Of a DNA stretch of 64,000 nucleotides, positions 45,881-57,440 are shown piece by piece. Position 1 is the first letter of the stretch. The number at the start of each line of letters is the position of its first letter. Source of the stretch: an uncultured Microthrixaceae bacterium (GTDB lineage: Bacteria > Actinomycetota > Acidimicrobiia > Acidimicrobiales > DATDAH01). The notes beneath the pieces are model-generated. The model did no database searches. It was not told where the DNA came from and saw only the letters and a program-made list of their open reading frames with translations. Made by a program: the position numbers and the translations under genes. The stretch spans positions 174,588 through 238,587 of the forward strand of contig CAVRXU010000007.1 of assembly GCA_963725155.1 (NCBI GenBank), written 5' to 3'.

Positions 45881-46224
45881 GCGTCGGGGCGCCCCACGAG
45901 TCGGTGGACTTCGCCCACCCCTCAGAGCGGGACTTCGCCAGGGTGTTGGACTTCTACGGTGTCGAGTGGCGCTACGAGCCCCGCACCTTCGTGCTCCACG
46001 AGAACGCCGACGGGCACCCCACCGAGGCCTTCAGCCCCGACTTCTACCTGCCCGACCTCGACCTCTACATCGAGTTGACCACCCTCAGGCAACGGCTGGT
46101 CACCAAGAAGAACCGGAAGATCCGTGAGCTGCGCCAGCGCTACCCGGGGGTCAACGTGATGATCCTCTACCGCAAGGACTGGCAGAACCTCGCCGTCAAG
46201 TACGGCATGGACTCGGCCGCGTAG
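45877..46224 (+). CDS. conserved hypothetical protein, possible PD-(D/E)xK fold
   Basis: 115 aa. GTGA overlap with the merR stop. FSPDFYLPDLDLYIELTTLRQ...KKNRK resembles a D...(D/E)xK nuclease-like core. Coding-like composition. Confidence 0.55.
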   Translation: MSVGAPHESVDFAHPSERDFARVLDFYGVEWRYEPRTFVLHENADGHPTEAFSPDFYLPDLDLYIELTTLRQRLVTKKNRKIRELRQRYPGVNVMILYRKDWQNLAVKYGMDSAA

Positions 46225-46255
46225 ATCACACCGGGCCGCTCCTTAGAATCTCGGG

Positions 46256-47295
46256 GTGAATCTCCGGCTCTCGCCGCTCGATGCGGCCCATCGCGCCCTC
46301 GGGGCGAAGATGGTCCCGTTCGGGGGCTGGGACATGCCGTTGAGCTACGGCGACGGCACCATCGCCGAGCACCGAGCTTGCCGGACGGGCGCCGTCGCCT
46401 TCGACGTCAGCCACCTCGGCACCGTGCGGGTCACCGGGCCGGAGGCCAAGGGGCTGCTCCAGGCCAACCTCACCGCCGACCTCGACAAGATCGAGCCGGG
46501 GCGGACCCAGTACACGCACCTGCTCGACCCGGATGATGCCTCGGTCGTCGACGACATCATCGTGTGGTGGCTGGGTGAGGACCGCTTCGACGTCATGCCG
46601 AACGCCTCCAACACGGCCGGGGTGGTGGCCGCCATCGGTGGGGTCGACGTCACGCCCACCCGGGCCATCATCGCCGTGCAGGGTCCCCGGGCCCGCGAGC
46701 TGTTCCCGGCGATTGCCGACGTCGGCCGGCGCCGGGTCGTGGAGATGGCCCTCGACGGGGTCCCCGTCACCGTGGCGGGCACGGGCTACACGGGAGAGGA
46801 CGGGGTCGAGATCGCTGCGCCCGCCGAGCACGCCGGTGCCGTCTGGGACGCCGTACTGGCCTGCGGGGTGACCCCCGCCGGCTTGGGCGCCCGGGACACG
46901 CTGCGCCTGGAGGCGGGCTTGCCCCTCCACGGCCATGAGCTGGGACCGGGCATCACTCCGCTGCAGGCGGGGTTGGGCTGGGTCGTGGGCTGGGACAAGG
47001 GCGACTTTCGGGGGCGGGCGGCGCTGGAGGCCGAGCGGGCCGCCGGTCCGGCTCGCCGCCTGCGGGGGCTGCTGCTGGACGGCAAGCGCCCGCCCCGCGC
47101 CGACCAATCGGTGGTCGAGGGCGAGGATGTCGTCGGCGCCGTCACCAGCGGCAACTACTCGCCGATGCTGGACCGCGGCATCGCGTTGGCCTTCCTCCGC
47201 CCCGACGTCGAGCCCGGCGTCCGCCTGGCCGTCGACGTGCGCGGTCGCCACGAGCCCGCCGAGGTCGTCACCCCACCCTTCTGGACAGGAGCACC

Positions 47296-47299
<4 letters not shown>
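46256..47299 (+). CDS. gcvT: glycine cleavage system aminomethyltransferase T
   Basis: [18 protein letters not shown]...FDVSHLG...[10 protein letters not shown]...[21 protein letters not shown]. Confidence 0.92.
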
Positions 47300-50119
<2,820 letters not shown>

Positions 50120-50133
<14 letters not shown>

Positions 50134-50659
50134 CCCCTGGCTGGTCCTCGTCCCGCTGGTCGCCCTCCTGGCCGGCTGCAGTGGCGACGACGGCGACACC
50201 GCCGGCTCGACCGCGACGGCGACCTCCACCCTGGACCCCGGGGTCACCTTCGAGGACGACGTCACCGTGCCGTCCGGTTCCGGGGCCAGCACCACCGTGC
50301 CCCCGTCGGGTGAGGTCGAGTCCCTGCCCGGCGAGGTGCCTGACCGGTTCCCGCGCCACTTCCCCGTGCCCGACGGCGCCGAGGTCGAGGTCGGCTCGGC
50401 CGGTCACGCCGAAGGCGAGCTCCGCCTGTCCGTCGACTACGCGATCGCCAACGAGGATCCGGCCGCCGTCATGGACTTCTACCGCGACGCCCTCACCGAG
50501 GCCGGCTACTCGATCCTGCTCGACGACGAGGCCGGCACCGGCCGGGACTACATCGGCACCCTGGTCTTCGAGACCGACACCTACGTGGGCAACGTCCTGG
50601 TCTCCGCCGACGGTCGTCGCGACGTGCTCCTGAGCCTCACCGCCACCCTGCCCGACTGA
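50120..50659 (+). CDS. hypothetical lipoprotein
   Basis: Lipobox [12 protein letters not shown]. 179 aa. Overlaps the gcvP end by 14 nt. No family recognised. Confidence 0.6.
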
Positions 50660-50757
50660 CCCACGCTCGGGCTGGGGGATCGACACCGATGGCAACCACG
50701 GGGCGTTGGGGGCGTGTCTGGTGGGGCCGGGGGCGGTCGGTCCGGTGGGTTGGGTGG

Positions 50758-52047
50758 TCATGGCCCCGTTTGGGGCTGGGTTCTTCGTTGGTCTCCGTCG
50801 ATTGGCCTTTCGGATGGTGGGTCGTTCTGGTGGTTGGTCTTCCAGCGGTTGTGCGTGCCGCAGAGGGGTTGGCCGTTGTCGGTGTCGGTGGCTCCGCCGT
50901 GTTGGTGCTCGACGATGTGGTCGGTCTGGAGGCGGGTGCCGGTGCGGTCACAGCCGTAGGGGTGACAGCAGCGCCGGTACTTGGCCCGTAAGGCGTCGGC
51001 CTGAGGTTTGGTGAAGAGGCGGCGGGCGGGGCCGTAGCGGAGGATCTCGCCGTGGGGGTCATAGAGGATCCCGCGCACCATCCCGGTGAGCAGGGCCAGG
51101 ATCAAGGTGTTGACGGTGATCACGGTGCCGTCGTCGAGCTCGTGGATCGACCCCTCGGGGATCTCGAGTTGTTCGAGGTCCTCGATGGTTGCCTCCTCGT
51201 CGAGGAGCACAGCCAGGAGTCGGCCGACGAGCTCGGCGGAGCCGTGGACGACGAGGGTGAAGGTGGAGGGCCCGAGGTCGGCGCCGGCATAGGCGGCGGA
51301 ACGCTCGGCCATCTGTTCCATGGCGTCGACGCGGCGTTGACGGGTGGTGCGGGCCAGTTCGGAGGCCAGCGGCCGGCGGCCGAGCCGGTCGCGGGCTTCG
51401 GCCACGTCCTTGCCGTATTCGACCTCCATGAGGCGTTCCAGTTCGTTCTGCCAGACGGTGAAGGCGATGGCGGGCATCCATGCGTCGATCTTGCCGTCAC
51501 CGTCCAGCGTCCTCGATGAGGAGCCGTAGCGGTCCTCGTAGCGCTGCTGTTCACGCTCGTCGGCGTCCCGGGGCCCGACTTGGTGGATGAAGTAGGTGAC
51601 CAGCTCGGCGAAGTCCGAGAACCGTCGGATCACCGCGGCGTCCACCAGGGCTTCCTCGGCCATGGCGAAGACGTCGTCGCCGACATCGCGGCGGGCCTTG
51701 TCCAACACGTCGACGTGGCGTGAAGTGATCGCTCCGTCGGCCAAAGCCCGGTCGGCATGGGGCATGGTGCGGACCCGTCGGGCCAGACGGCGGCGGAGGG
51801 CGGCGGGGTCGCCATGGTCCCGGCTGTGATGCTGGAGCCAACCGATGCAGGAGGCGTGACCCTCCACGGCGTGTTCCTTGGTCGCCTCGAAGGCGGTGAT
51901 GACCGTGCAGTCCAGGGCATCGAACTTGTTCCGCATCCGCGACACCGCCAACAACGCTTCGGCCTTGGCTTTACCGGGCAGGCCGTGGAAGTTCGCCTTG
52001 TTGGCCACATCGAGGTAGTGCTCCAGGTCAGCGAGCTCGCTGGTCAC
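50758..52047 (-). CDS. DUF222 plus HNH endonuclease protein (13E12-repeat-type, mobile-element-like)
   Basis: N-terminal DUF222-like helical region and a C-terminal HNH motif: CCHPYGCDRTGTRLQTDHIVEHQHGGATDTDNGQPLCGTHNRWK. Codon usage is visibly less GC3-biased than the neighbouring genes. Confidence 0.85.
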   Translation of the reverse strand: MTSELADLEHYLDVANKANFHGLPGKAKAEALLAVSRMRNKFDALDCTVITAFEATKEHAVEGHASCIGWLQHHSRDHGDPAALRRRLARRVRTMPHADRALADGAITSRHVDVLDKARRDVGDDVFAMAEEALVDAAVIRRFSDFAELVTYFIHQVGPRDADEREQQRYEDRYGSSSRTLDGDGKIDAWMPAIAFTVWQNELERLMEVEYGKDVAEARDRLGRRPLASELARTTRQRRVDAMEQMAERSAAYAGADLGPSTFTLVVHGSAELVGRLLAVLLDEEATIEDLEQLEIPEGSIHELDDGTVITVNTLILALLTGMVRGILYDPHGEILRYGPARRLFTKPQADALRAKYRRCCHPYGCDRTGTRLQTDHIVEHQHGGATDTDNGQPLCGTHNRWKTNHQNDPPSERPIDGDQRRTQPQTGP

Positions 52048-52190
52048 CGGGCACCACCTCCTCCGAAAGATGACTGTCGAACTGGTGTACCCCGACCCTA
52101 CCCAGGGGGTGTGACACGCAAAGGCGACTTCCAGACGATCTCGGAAGAATTTTGTTGCGATACTCGACGGCTCGGATCCGAGGAGGCGTG

Positions 52191-52589
52191 ATGACCGATG
52201 TCGAGGTGGTCGAGGCGATCTACGGGGCCATGGCGGAGCGGGACTTCGACCGGTTGTTCGAGCTGGTGGACGAGTCTGTGATCATCACCCAGGACGCCCG
52301 CCTGCCATGGGGCGGCCGCCATGTCGGCCACGAGGGGCTCGGCGAGTTCGCCGTCAAGCTGACGGGCACGATCGACTCGGCCGTCACCATCGAGGCCCTG
52401 TTCGCGGCGGACGACGAGGTGATCCAGGCTGGTCGTACCAGGGGGACCGTGGTGGCCACGGGCGTCCCCTTCGATGTGGCCGAGGTCCATCGCTGGACCA
52501 TCCGCGACGGCAAGGCGACCACCGCCCACTTCGCCATCGACACGGCGGCCATGCTCGCGGTTTTGGCGACAGGGGAGTCCGGGGACTGA
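52191..52589 (+). CDS. SnoaL-like / NTF2-fold protein
   Basis: MTDVEVVEAIYGAMAERDFDRLFELVDESVIITQD...VAEVHRWTIRDGKATTAHFAIDT is typical of SnoaL_2/NTF2-like proteins. Confidence 0.7.
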   Translation: MTDVEVVEAIYGAMAERDFDRLFELVDESVIITQDARLPWGGRHVGHEGLGEFAVKLTGTIDSAVTIEALFAADDEVIQAGRTRGTVVATGVPFDVAEVHRWTIRDGKATTAHFAIDTAAMLAVLATGESGD

Positions 52590-52616
52590 AACCCGTCGCT
52601 GCGAAGGTCCGCACCG

Positions 52617-53330
52617 TCAGCTCCGGGGTGCCCGCTCGGCCAGTGCCGGTATGGCCGCCAGCTGGTCGTCATCGAGCTCCGACCAGTCGATGCGGCCCAC
52701 GCGGCGCCGGGCTCCGGTCCGCACCACCTCGTCGGGTGTCACGATCACGTCGACGGGGAAGTCGTGGTTGGTGTCGGGCAGATCCTCGTCCAGGACCTGG
52801 ACGGCGTGCACCGTGGTCACGATCACGGTGGTGTCGTCGATGATCCCGGCTTCACAGCCGAGGGCGTACTCCAGGTCGCTGTAACCGCCACCCTTGCCGA
52901 TGCGGACGCCGGCCCGGTTCACGGCGACCGTGCCGCAGACGATCAGATCGACGTGACCGATCTCCTCCACGGCCGTCGGCACCCCGTGCACCGACGACCC
53001 CTTGATGGACGCCGCCGCCCGGGGTTTCACCTCCAGGCGATCGGGGTCGAGGAGCAGGAACGGCTGCGCGTCGCGGAGGCGGGGCACGGCCAGGTAGAGC
53101 AGCTTCCCGTCGGCCAACGCCCGCGTCCTGACCGGCAGCTGCGGCATGTCCGGGTTGGCCTTCACCGTGACGGCCGCCCGCCACTCGTCGAGCTCGGCCA
53201 AGGCGCGGGCGGCGCCGGCGGCGCCGGTGAAGTTGGGGATCCGGCCTTTGGCTCCGGGAAAGCCGACCACGCCGGCCTCGGTCATCCGGGCCCAGACCCG
53301 CTCCCGAACGGCCTGCTTCTCGTCGTTCAT
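52617..53330 (-). CDS. 5-formyltetrahydrofolate cyclo-ligase family protein
   Basis: 237 aa. KQAVRERVWARM..., KANPDMPQLPVR, and the GKGGGYSDLEY motif, analogous to the MTHFS G-x-G-x-GYYD block. Confidence 0.7.
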   Translation of the reverse strand: MNDEKQAVRERVWARMTEAGVVGFPGAKGRIPNFTGAAGAARALAELDEWRAAVTVKANPDMPQLPVRTRALADGKLLYLAVPRLRDAQPFLLLDPDRLEVKPRAAASIKGSSVHGVPTAVEEIGHVDLIVCGTVAVNRAGVRIGKGGGYSDLEYALGCEAGIIDDTTVIVTTVHAVQVLDEDLPDTNHDFPVDVIVTPDEVVRTGARRRVGRIDWSELDDDQLAAIPALAERAPRS

Positions 53331-53866
53331 CGGTCATCGACCTCGTACCGCAGACGCCCGGCGGCCAGGGCGGCCACGATCGTGTCGGCCACCGCCTCTG
53401 GACGGGGATCGGGGTCGACGACGACGTGGCTGGGGTCGACCGCGGCCCGAGCGAACTCCCGGTGCATCTGGCGCGTCGCCCCCTCATCCGCGAACTGGTG
53501 ACCGGTGCGACCGGCGACCTGCTCGACACAGCGGTCCTCGGAGGGCATGAGGACCACGTAGTCGAGGGCCTCGAGGCCCGTGGCCGCGGCAAAGGGGGCC
53601 AGGAACCACGGCCCGAGCACGCCGTCGTAGACGGTGGTGATGCCACCCGCCGCGAACCGACCGGCCGCGGTGGCGGCGGCCTGGATCACGACCTCGTTCT
53701 GATCCGCAGACTCCGGCAGCCAGGGCTCGATCGCGCCGCGGGCCAGGAAGGCGAAGAAGGCGTCCCCTTCCACCAGCGCACTCGGCTCGAAACGCTCGGC
53801 CAGGAGCCGGGCCACGGTTGACTTCCCCGCACCCGGTGGACCGGTGACGACGAGGAGCGGGGCCAT
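53327..53866 (-). CDS. P-loop kinase/AAA-type ATPase (small-molecule kinase-like)
   Basis: MAPLLVVTGPPGAGKSTVARLLAERF Walker A motif. 179 aa. ATGA-type overlap with the downstream gene. Confidence 0.65.
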   Translation of the reverse strand: MAPLLVVTGPPGAGKSTVARLLAERFEPSALVEGDAFFAFLARGAIEPWLPESADQNEVVIQAAATAAGRFAAGGITTVYDGVLGPWFLAPFAAATGLEALDYVVLMPSEDRCVEQVAGRTGHQFADEGATRQMHREFARAAVDPSHVVVDPDPRPEAVADTIVAALAAGRLRYEVDDR

Positions 53867-53906
53867 GCGGCCATTCTGGCCGCGGCCCTCGGCCTACCTG
53901 GCGGGT

Positions 53907-55403
53907 TCACCAACCGCGGTCGTCGCGGTGGAGGCCGTTCTCGCCCAGCCATCCGCCCTTGGGGTAGAGGCACACCTGGTTCTTGCCCTGCCTCTTGGCC
54001 CGGCGCACGGCCTCGTCGGCGTGGTCGAGGGTCTGTTCGGGCAGATCGTTGCCGGCGTGGATGGCCACGCCGGCGCTGAAGCTGCGCTTGGCGCGGCCTG
54101 ACTCGCGCCAGGCCCGCAGCAGCCGGTTGGCCACCGGAAGGGCATCGAACTCGGCCTCCCGGGCGATGAAGATGAACTCATCACCCCCAGGGCGGGCGGT
54201 GAGGTCGGAGTCCCGGACGCTGGCCGCCAGGAGGTCGGAGAACTCCCGCAGGTAGCGGTTGCCCTCGGCGTAGCTGAGGTCCTTGTTGATCTTGCCGAAG
54301 TCGTCCATGTCGATGAAGACGAGGGCGTCACCGGGCGTGAGGCTCTGCACCAGGGCGGTGGCGTGGCGGCTGTTGCCGATGCCCAACTTGTCGTCGCGCC
54401 GGAGATCTTCGGACAGCTTGCCGATGACCTGGAACTGTTCCAGGGCCGGGCCCGCCTGGGCGGCGAAGAGCACGGCCAGCTGCTGGGTGAACGGGTCGTC
54501 GCCGGTCTTGGGCTGGTGGACGACGACGGCCCCGCCGATCGCGTGCTCGCCCACCAGGGGGATGATCAGCAGCGTGGTGCCGTTCTCGGCGACGAGACGG
54601 ACTTCCTCGGCATTGATGGTGTCGCTGATGAGCTCGGCCAACTCGGCCGACGGAAGGGAGCCCTGGGGGCCGTAGGAGGCAGGAACGAGGTTGCCGTCCT
54701 GGTCGGACAGCACGACGCTCACGTGCTCACCGTGGAAGACCTCGTGGGCCAGGCGGGCCAGCACGTCGGCGATCTCCTCCAGCGTGCTGCGCCCGACGCG
54801 CAGCACCGCCACCTGGCCGGCCAGGGCCCGGATGTCGGCCTCCCGGCGGCGTTCGATGCGCTGGCCCATGCGCACGCCCGCCAGGGCCCACGCCATCGCC
54901 TCGCCGACGAGGGTGGCGGCGGGCACCACCACGACGACGGCGGCCAGGGGGATCAGGCTCTCGTCGGGCAGGGTCACGGCCACGCCGGCGGCGGCCACGA
55001 ACGGGGCGGCGAAGAGGGTCATGCCCCGGGGCTCGGTCAGTCCGATCCAGGTCAGGAGGACGAACCAGGCGGTGGGATAGAAGGCCAGGCTGTCAGGGGC
55101 GAGGGAGAGGTCGGTGAGCCTGTCCAGGCCGACCAGCCCGACCGTCGTGAGGGCGGGGAGCACCCACAGGGCCCGCCGGCCGAGGCGGCTCCACGGCAGG
55201 AACCAGGCCACCAACGCCACCCCTCCGAGCCCAGCGGCCGCCACCAGGCCGAGGTCGGTGTCCACGCCCGGTGTGTCGATGACCAGGCACAGGCCGGCGA
55301 GAGCCAGGGCAAGATCGGCCAGAAGGACTGCACCGAGGCGTCCAGCGGCGCGAGCGGTCGTCGGATCAAAGCGAAGGCGACGGTCCTTCATCGGTCCGCC
55401 CAC
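53907..55403 (-). CDS. membrane-bound GAF-GGDEF diguanylate cyclase
   Basis: Five to six N-terminal TM helices and a GAF-like middle region. GGDEF domain with an intact active site (RPGGDEFIF) and an I-site RDSD five residues upstream. Confidence 0.85.
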   Translation of the reverse strand: MGGPMKDRRLRFDPTTARAAGRLGAVLLADLALALAGLCLVIDTPGVDTDLGLVAAAGLGGVALVAWFLPWSRLGRRALWVLPALTTVGLVGLDRLTDLSLAPDSLAFYPTAWFVLLTWIGLTEPRGMTLFAAPFVAAAGVAVTLPDESLIPLAAVVVVVPAATLVGEAMAWALAGVRMGQRIERRREADIRALAGQVAVLRVGRSTLEEIADVLARLAHEVFHGEHVSVVLSDQDGNLVPASYGPQGSLPSAELAELISDTINAEEVRLVAENGTTLLIIPLVGEHAIGGAVVVHQPKTGDDPFTQQLAVLFAAQAGPALEQFQVIGKLSEDLRRDDKLGIGNSRHATALVQSLTPGDALVFIDMDDFGKINKDLSYAEGNRYLREFSDLLAASVRDSDLTARPGGDEFIFIAREAEFDALPVANRLLRAWRESGRAKRSFSAGVAIHAGNDLPEQTLDHADEAVRRAKRQGKNQVCLYPKGGWLGENGLHRDDRGW

Positions 55404-55520
55404 CCCGCCGGGAGGCTCCGCCCACGACTCATCGTGGTCACAATCCTACAGTCTGTGGTCAAAGCGGACCAGGGTCGTTCCTGCTCCATTCAGTCCTCCG
55501 GCGGCCGATGGGCACCGGTG

Positions 55521-56636
55521 ATGCGACGCCTCATGGCCGCACTGGCGGCGACCGCATTGGTGGCGCTCGGTCCGGCGGCGGCCACGCTGGCCGCCGCCGA
55601 GGGCGCCGACGGCGGCCCGACCGCGGACGAAGCGGTCACGGCCGCCGAGCGCTGGCTGGGTCGTCAACAGCAGGCCGACGGTGGTTTCGACGGGTTCCTG
55701 GCCGGGGCCGGCACCCCCGACACCATCCTGGCGTTGGCCGAATCGGCCCAGACCGAGTCGGCCTGGGGGAATCGCCCGGCCCTCGAGCGGGTCGAGAGCG
55801 AGGTCTCTGCGGATGGTCACACCCCCCTGGACGCCGCCCGCCACATCGCTCGGCACATCGACGACCCCCAGGTGACCGCCCGCCTGATCACCCGGGTCGC
55901 CCTCCCCGTCGGCCTCGAGGCCGGGGACGAGGGCCCACTGGGCGATCTGACCGGTTCGGCGTCGGACTGGCTGGAGGACGACGACACGTCCTTCGCGGCC
56001 CGCGTCGAACTGGCCATCGCCCTGGTCGCCGTCGGGGCGGACCTGCCCGAGGGCCTGATCGACGACGTCCTGGCCGCCCAGCAGGCCAACGGCGGTTGGA
56101 ACGCCGATGGTGACGCCGACGCCGACACCGTCGACCTGGTCACGACCGGCGCCGTGGTGGACCTCTTGGTGCTGGTCGGCAGCGACCCGTCGAGCGGCGC
56201 GATCCCCGCGGCCATGGCCTTCGTCGGCGACACCCGCGATCGCAGTGGGGCCTGGCCCGACGCCGACGGTGAGCGCTCCGCGGTGGCCACGGCCGGGGCC
56301 ATCCGGGCCATCCGGGCCGATGGCCACGACCCCGCGGGCAGCTGCTGGCTGACCGAGGTCGGCGCGGACGCCGACGCCACGGCTCCGGTTCCCGCCCTCA
56401 TCGCCCTCCAGAACGACGACGGCAGCTTCAGCGGTGACAACCCGGTGCGGGCCACCAGCGACGCCGTGCACGCGCTCAGTGGGCGCTGGCTACCCCTGGG
56501 CCGGGCGAGCGACGCCTGTGCTCCTGAGAGCGGCGGGCTGCCCTTCGCCCCCTCGCTCATCGTGCTGGTCCTCATCGCCGTGGTCGGCGTCGGCGGGGGT
56601 GTCCGCATCATGCGCAGCGGCCAGTCGACGGTCTGA
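55521..56636 (+). CDS. secreted alpha/alpha-toroid (prenyltransferase/squalene-oxidase repeat) protein with C-terminal TM anchor
   Basis: Signal peptide MRRLMAALAATALVALGPAAATLAAAEG. Repeated QxxxGGF/W-type motifs (GRQQQADGGFDGF, AAQQANGGWNAD, DRSGAWPD, ALQNDDGSFSG). C-terminal helix LIVLVLIAVVGVGGGV followed by RIMR. Confidence 0.75.
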   Translation: MRRLMAALAATALVALGPAAATLAAAEGADGGPTADEAVTAAERWLGRQQQADGGFDGFLAGAGTPDTILALAESAQTESAWGNRPALERVESEVSADGHTPLDAARHIARHIDDPQVTARLITRVALPVGLEAGDEGPLGDLTGSASDWLEDDDTSFAARVELAIALVAVGADLPEGLIDDVLAAQQANGGWNADGDADADTVDLVTTGAVVDLLVLVGSDPSSGAIPAAMAFVGDTRDRSGAWPDADGERSAVATAGAIRAIRADGHDPAGSCWLTEVGADADATAPVPALIALQNDDGSFSGDNPVRATSDAVHALSGRWLPLGRASDACAPESGGLPFAPSLIVLVLIAVVGVGGGVRIMRSGQSTV

Positions 56637-57440
56637 GCCGAACTCCTCCGGGCCCACGAGCCGCGGTTCGAAGCGGCGGAACGTGCGCAGCGCGACCCGA
56701 CCGGTCAGCAGGATGAGGGCGGCGTTGGTCAGGGCCGCCGCGGCGTCCCAGGCCAACGAGGTCACCGTGTAGAAGTGCCAGTAGCGCTCGAGGGTGCCGT
56801 GGAACCCGAGGCCCGGTTCCCAGGCCAGTGCCCCCTGGCCCGCCAGGTACGGCCAGAACCAGATGTTCATGATCGCCCCGTACAGGAAACCCCAGACCCA
56901 CCCGTAGCCGGCCAGGATGACGACCTCGGCGGGGACGGGCAGGCGGCGGGTGAGGCGTCCGACGAAGCCGGCGCCCGCGCCCATCCAGGCCAAGGCCAGC
57001 ATCTGGAACGGGAGCCACGGCCCCATGCCGCCGGTGATGAGGGCGGAGGTGCTCATGGCCCCCAGCCCCAGGAGGAGGCCGAAGCGGGGACCGTAGACCG
57101 CTCCGGCGAGGACGATCAGGAAGAAGATCCCGGAGCCCCCACCGGGCAGGTCGACGAGGCGGAGCACGCCGGCCATGGCCGAGAGCACGGCGAGTACGGC
57201 GATGGTGGCCCCGGTTGTCGTTCCCCGGCGGACCTCGAGGGCGATGGCCAGCACGGCCAGGAGCCCGACCCCGGCGGCGACGAAGGGGGCGTCGGCGGCG
57301 TGGGCCTCGGCGAACGCCGTCTCGGCCGGGATCCAGAACGGGTAGAGGAAGGCAGCAAGCCCGACGATCACGAGCAGGAGGTAGAACAGGCTGGCGGGCG
57401 GCCCGGCCGGGCGGGTACGGGGCAGGGGCAGCGCCGTCAT
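56490..57440 (-). CDS. ECF-transporter substrate-capture (S) component, unknown specificity
   Basis: About 260-aa polytopic core (6-7 helices, Gly/Ala-rich), then a 54-aa acidic tail. The ATG overlaps the ATPase stop (ATGA). Its position in the T-A-S operon is typical of group I ECF systems. Confidence 0.7.
   Translation of the reverse strand: MTALPLPRTRPAGPPASLFYLLLVIVGLAAFLYPFWIPAETAFAEAHAADAPFVAAGVGLLAVLAIALEVRRGTTTGATIAVLAVLSAMAGVLRLVDLPGGGSGIFFLIVLAGAVYGPRFGLLLGLGAMSTSALITGGMGPWLPFQMLALAWMGAGAGFVGRLTRRLPVPAEVVILAGYGWVWGFLYGAIMNIWFWPYLAGQGALAWEPGLGFHGTLERYWHFYTVTSLAWDAAAALTNAALILLTGRVALRTFRRFEPRLVGPEEFGSDRRLAAAHDADTPADADHGDEDQHDERGGEGQPAALRSTGVARPAQG

Noticed and set aside
55404-55520. 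A possible second B12 riboswitch or operator upstream of the first toroid gene. The region contains TGGTCA...TGGTCA...GGACCA repeats.
   Set aside because: It has no GGGAA...CGGTG...CCCGCAACTGT core and no B12 box on either strand. The hexamer repeats are too short to be significant without comparative data.
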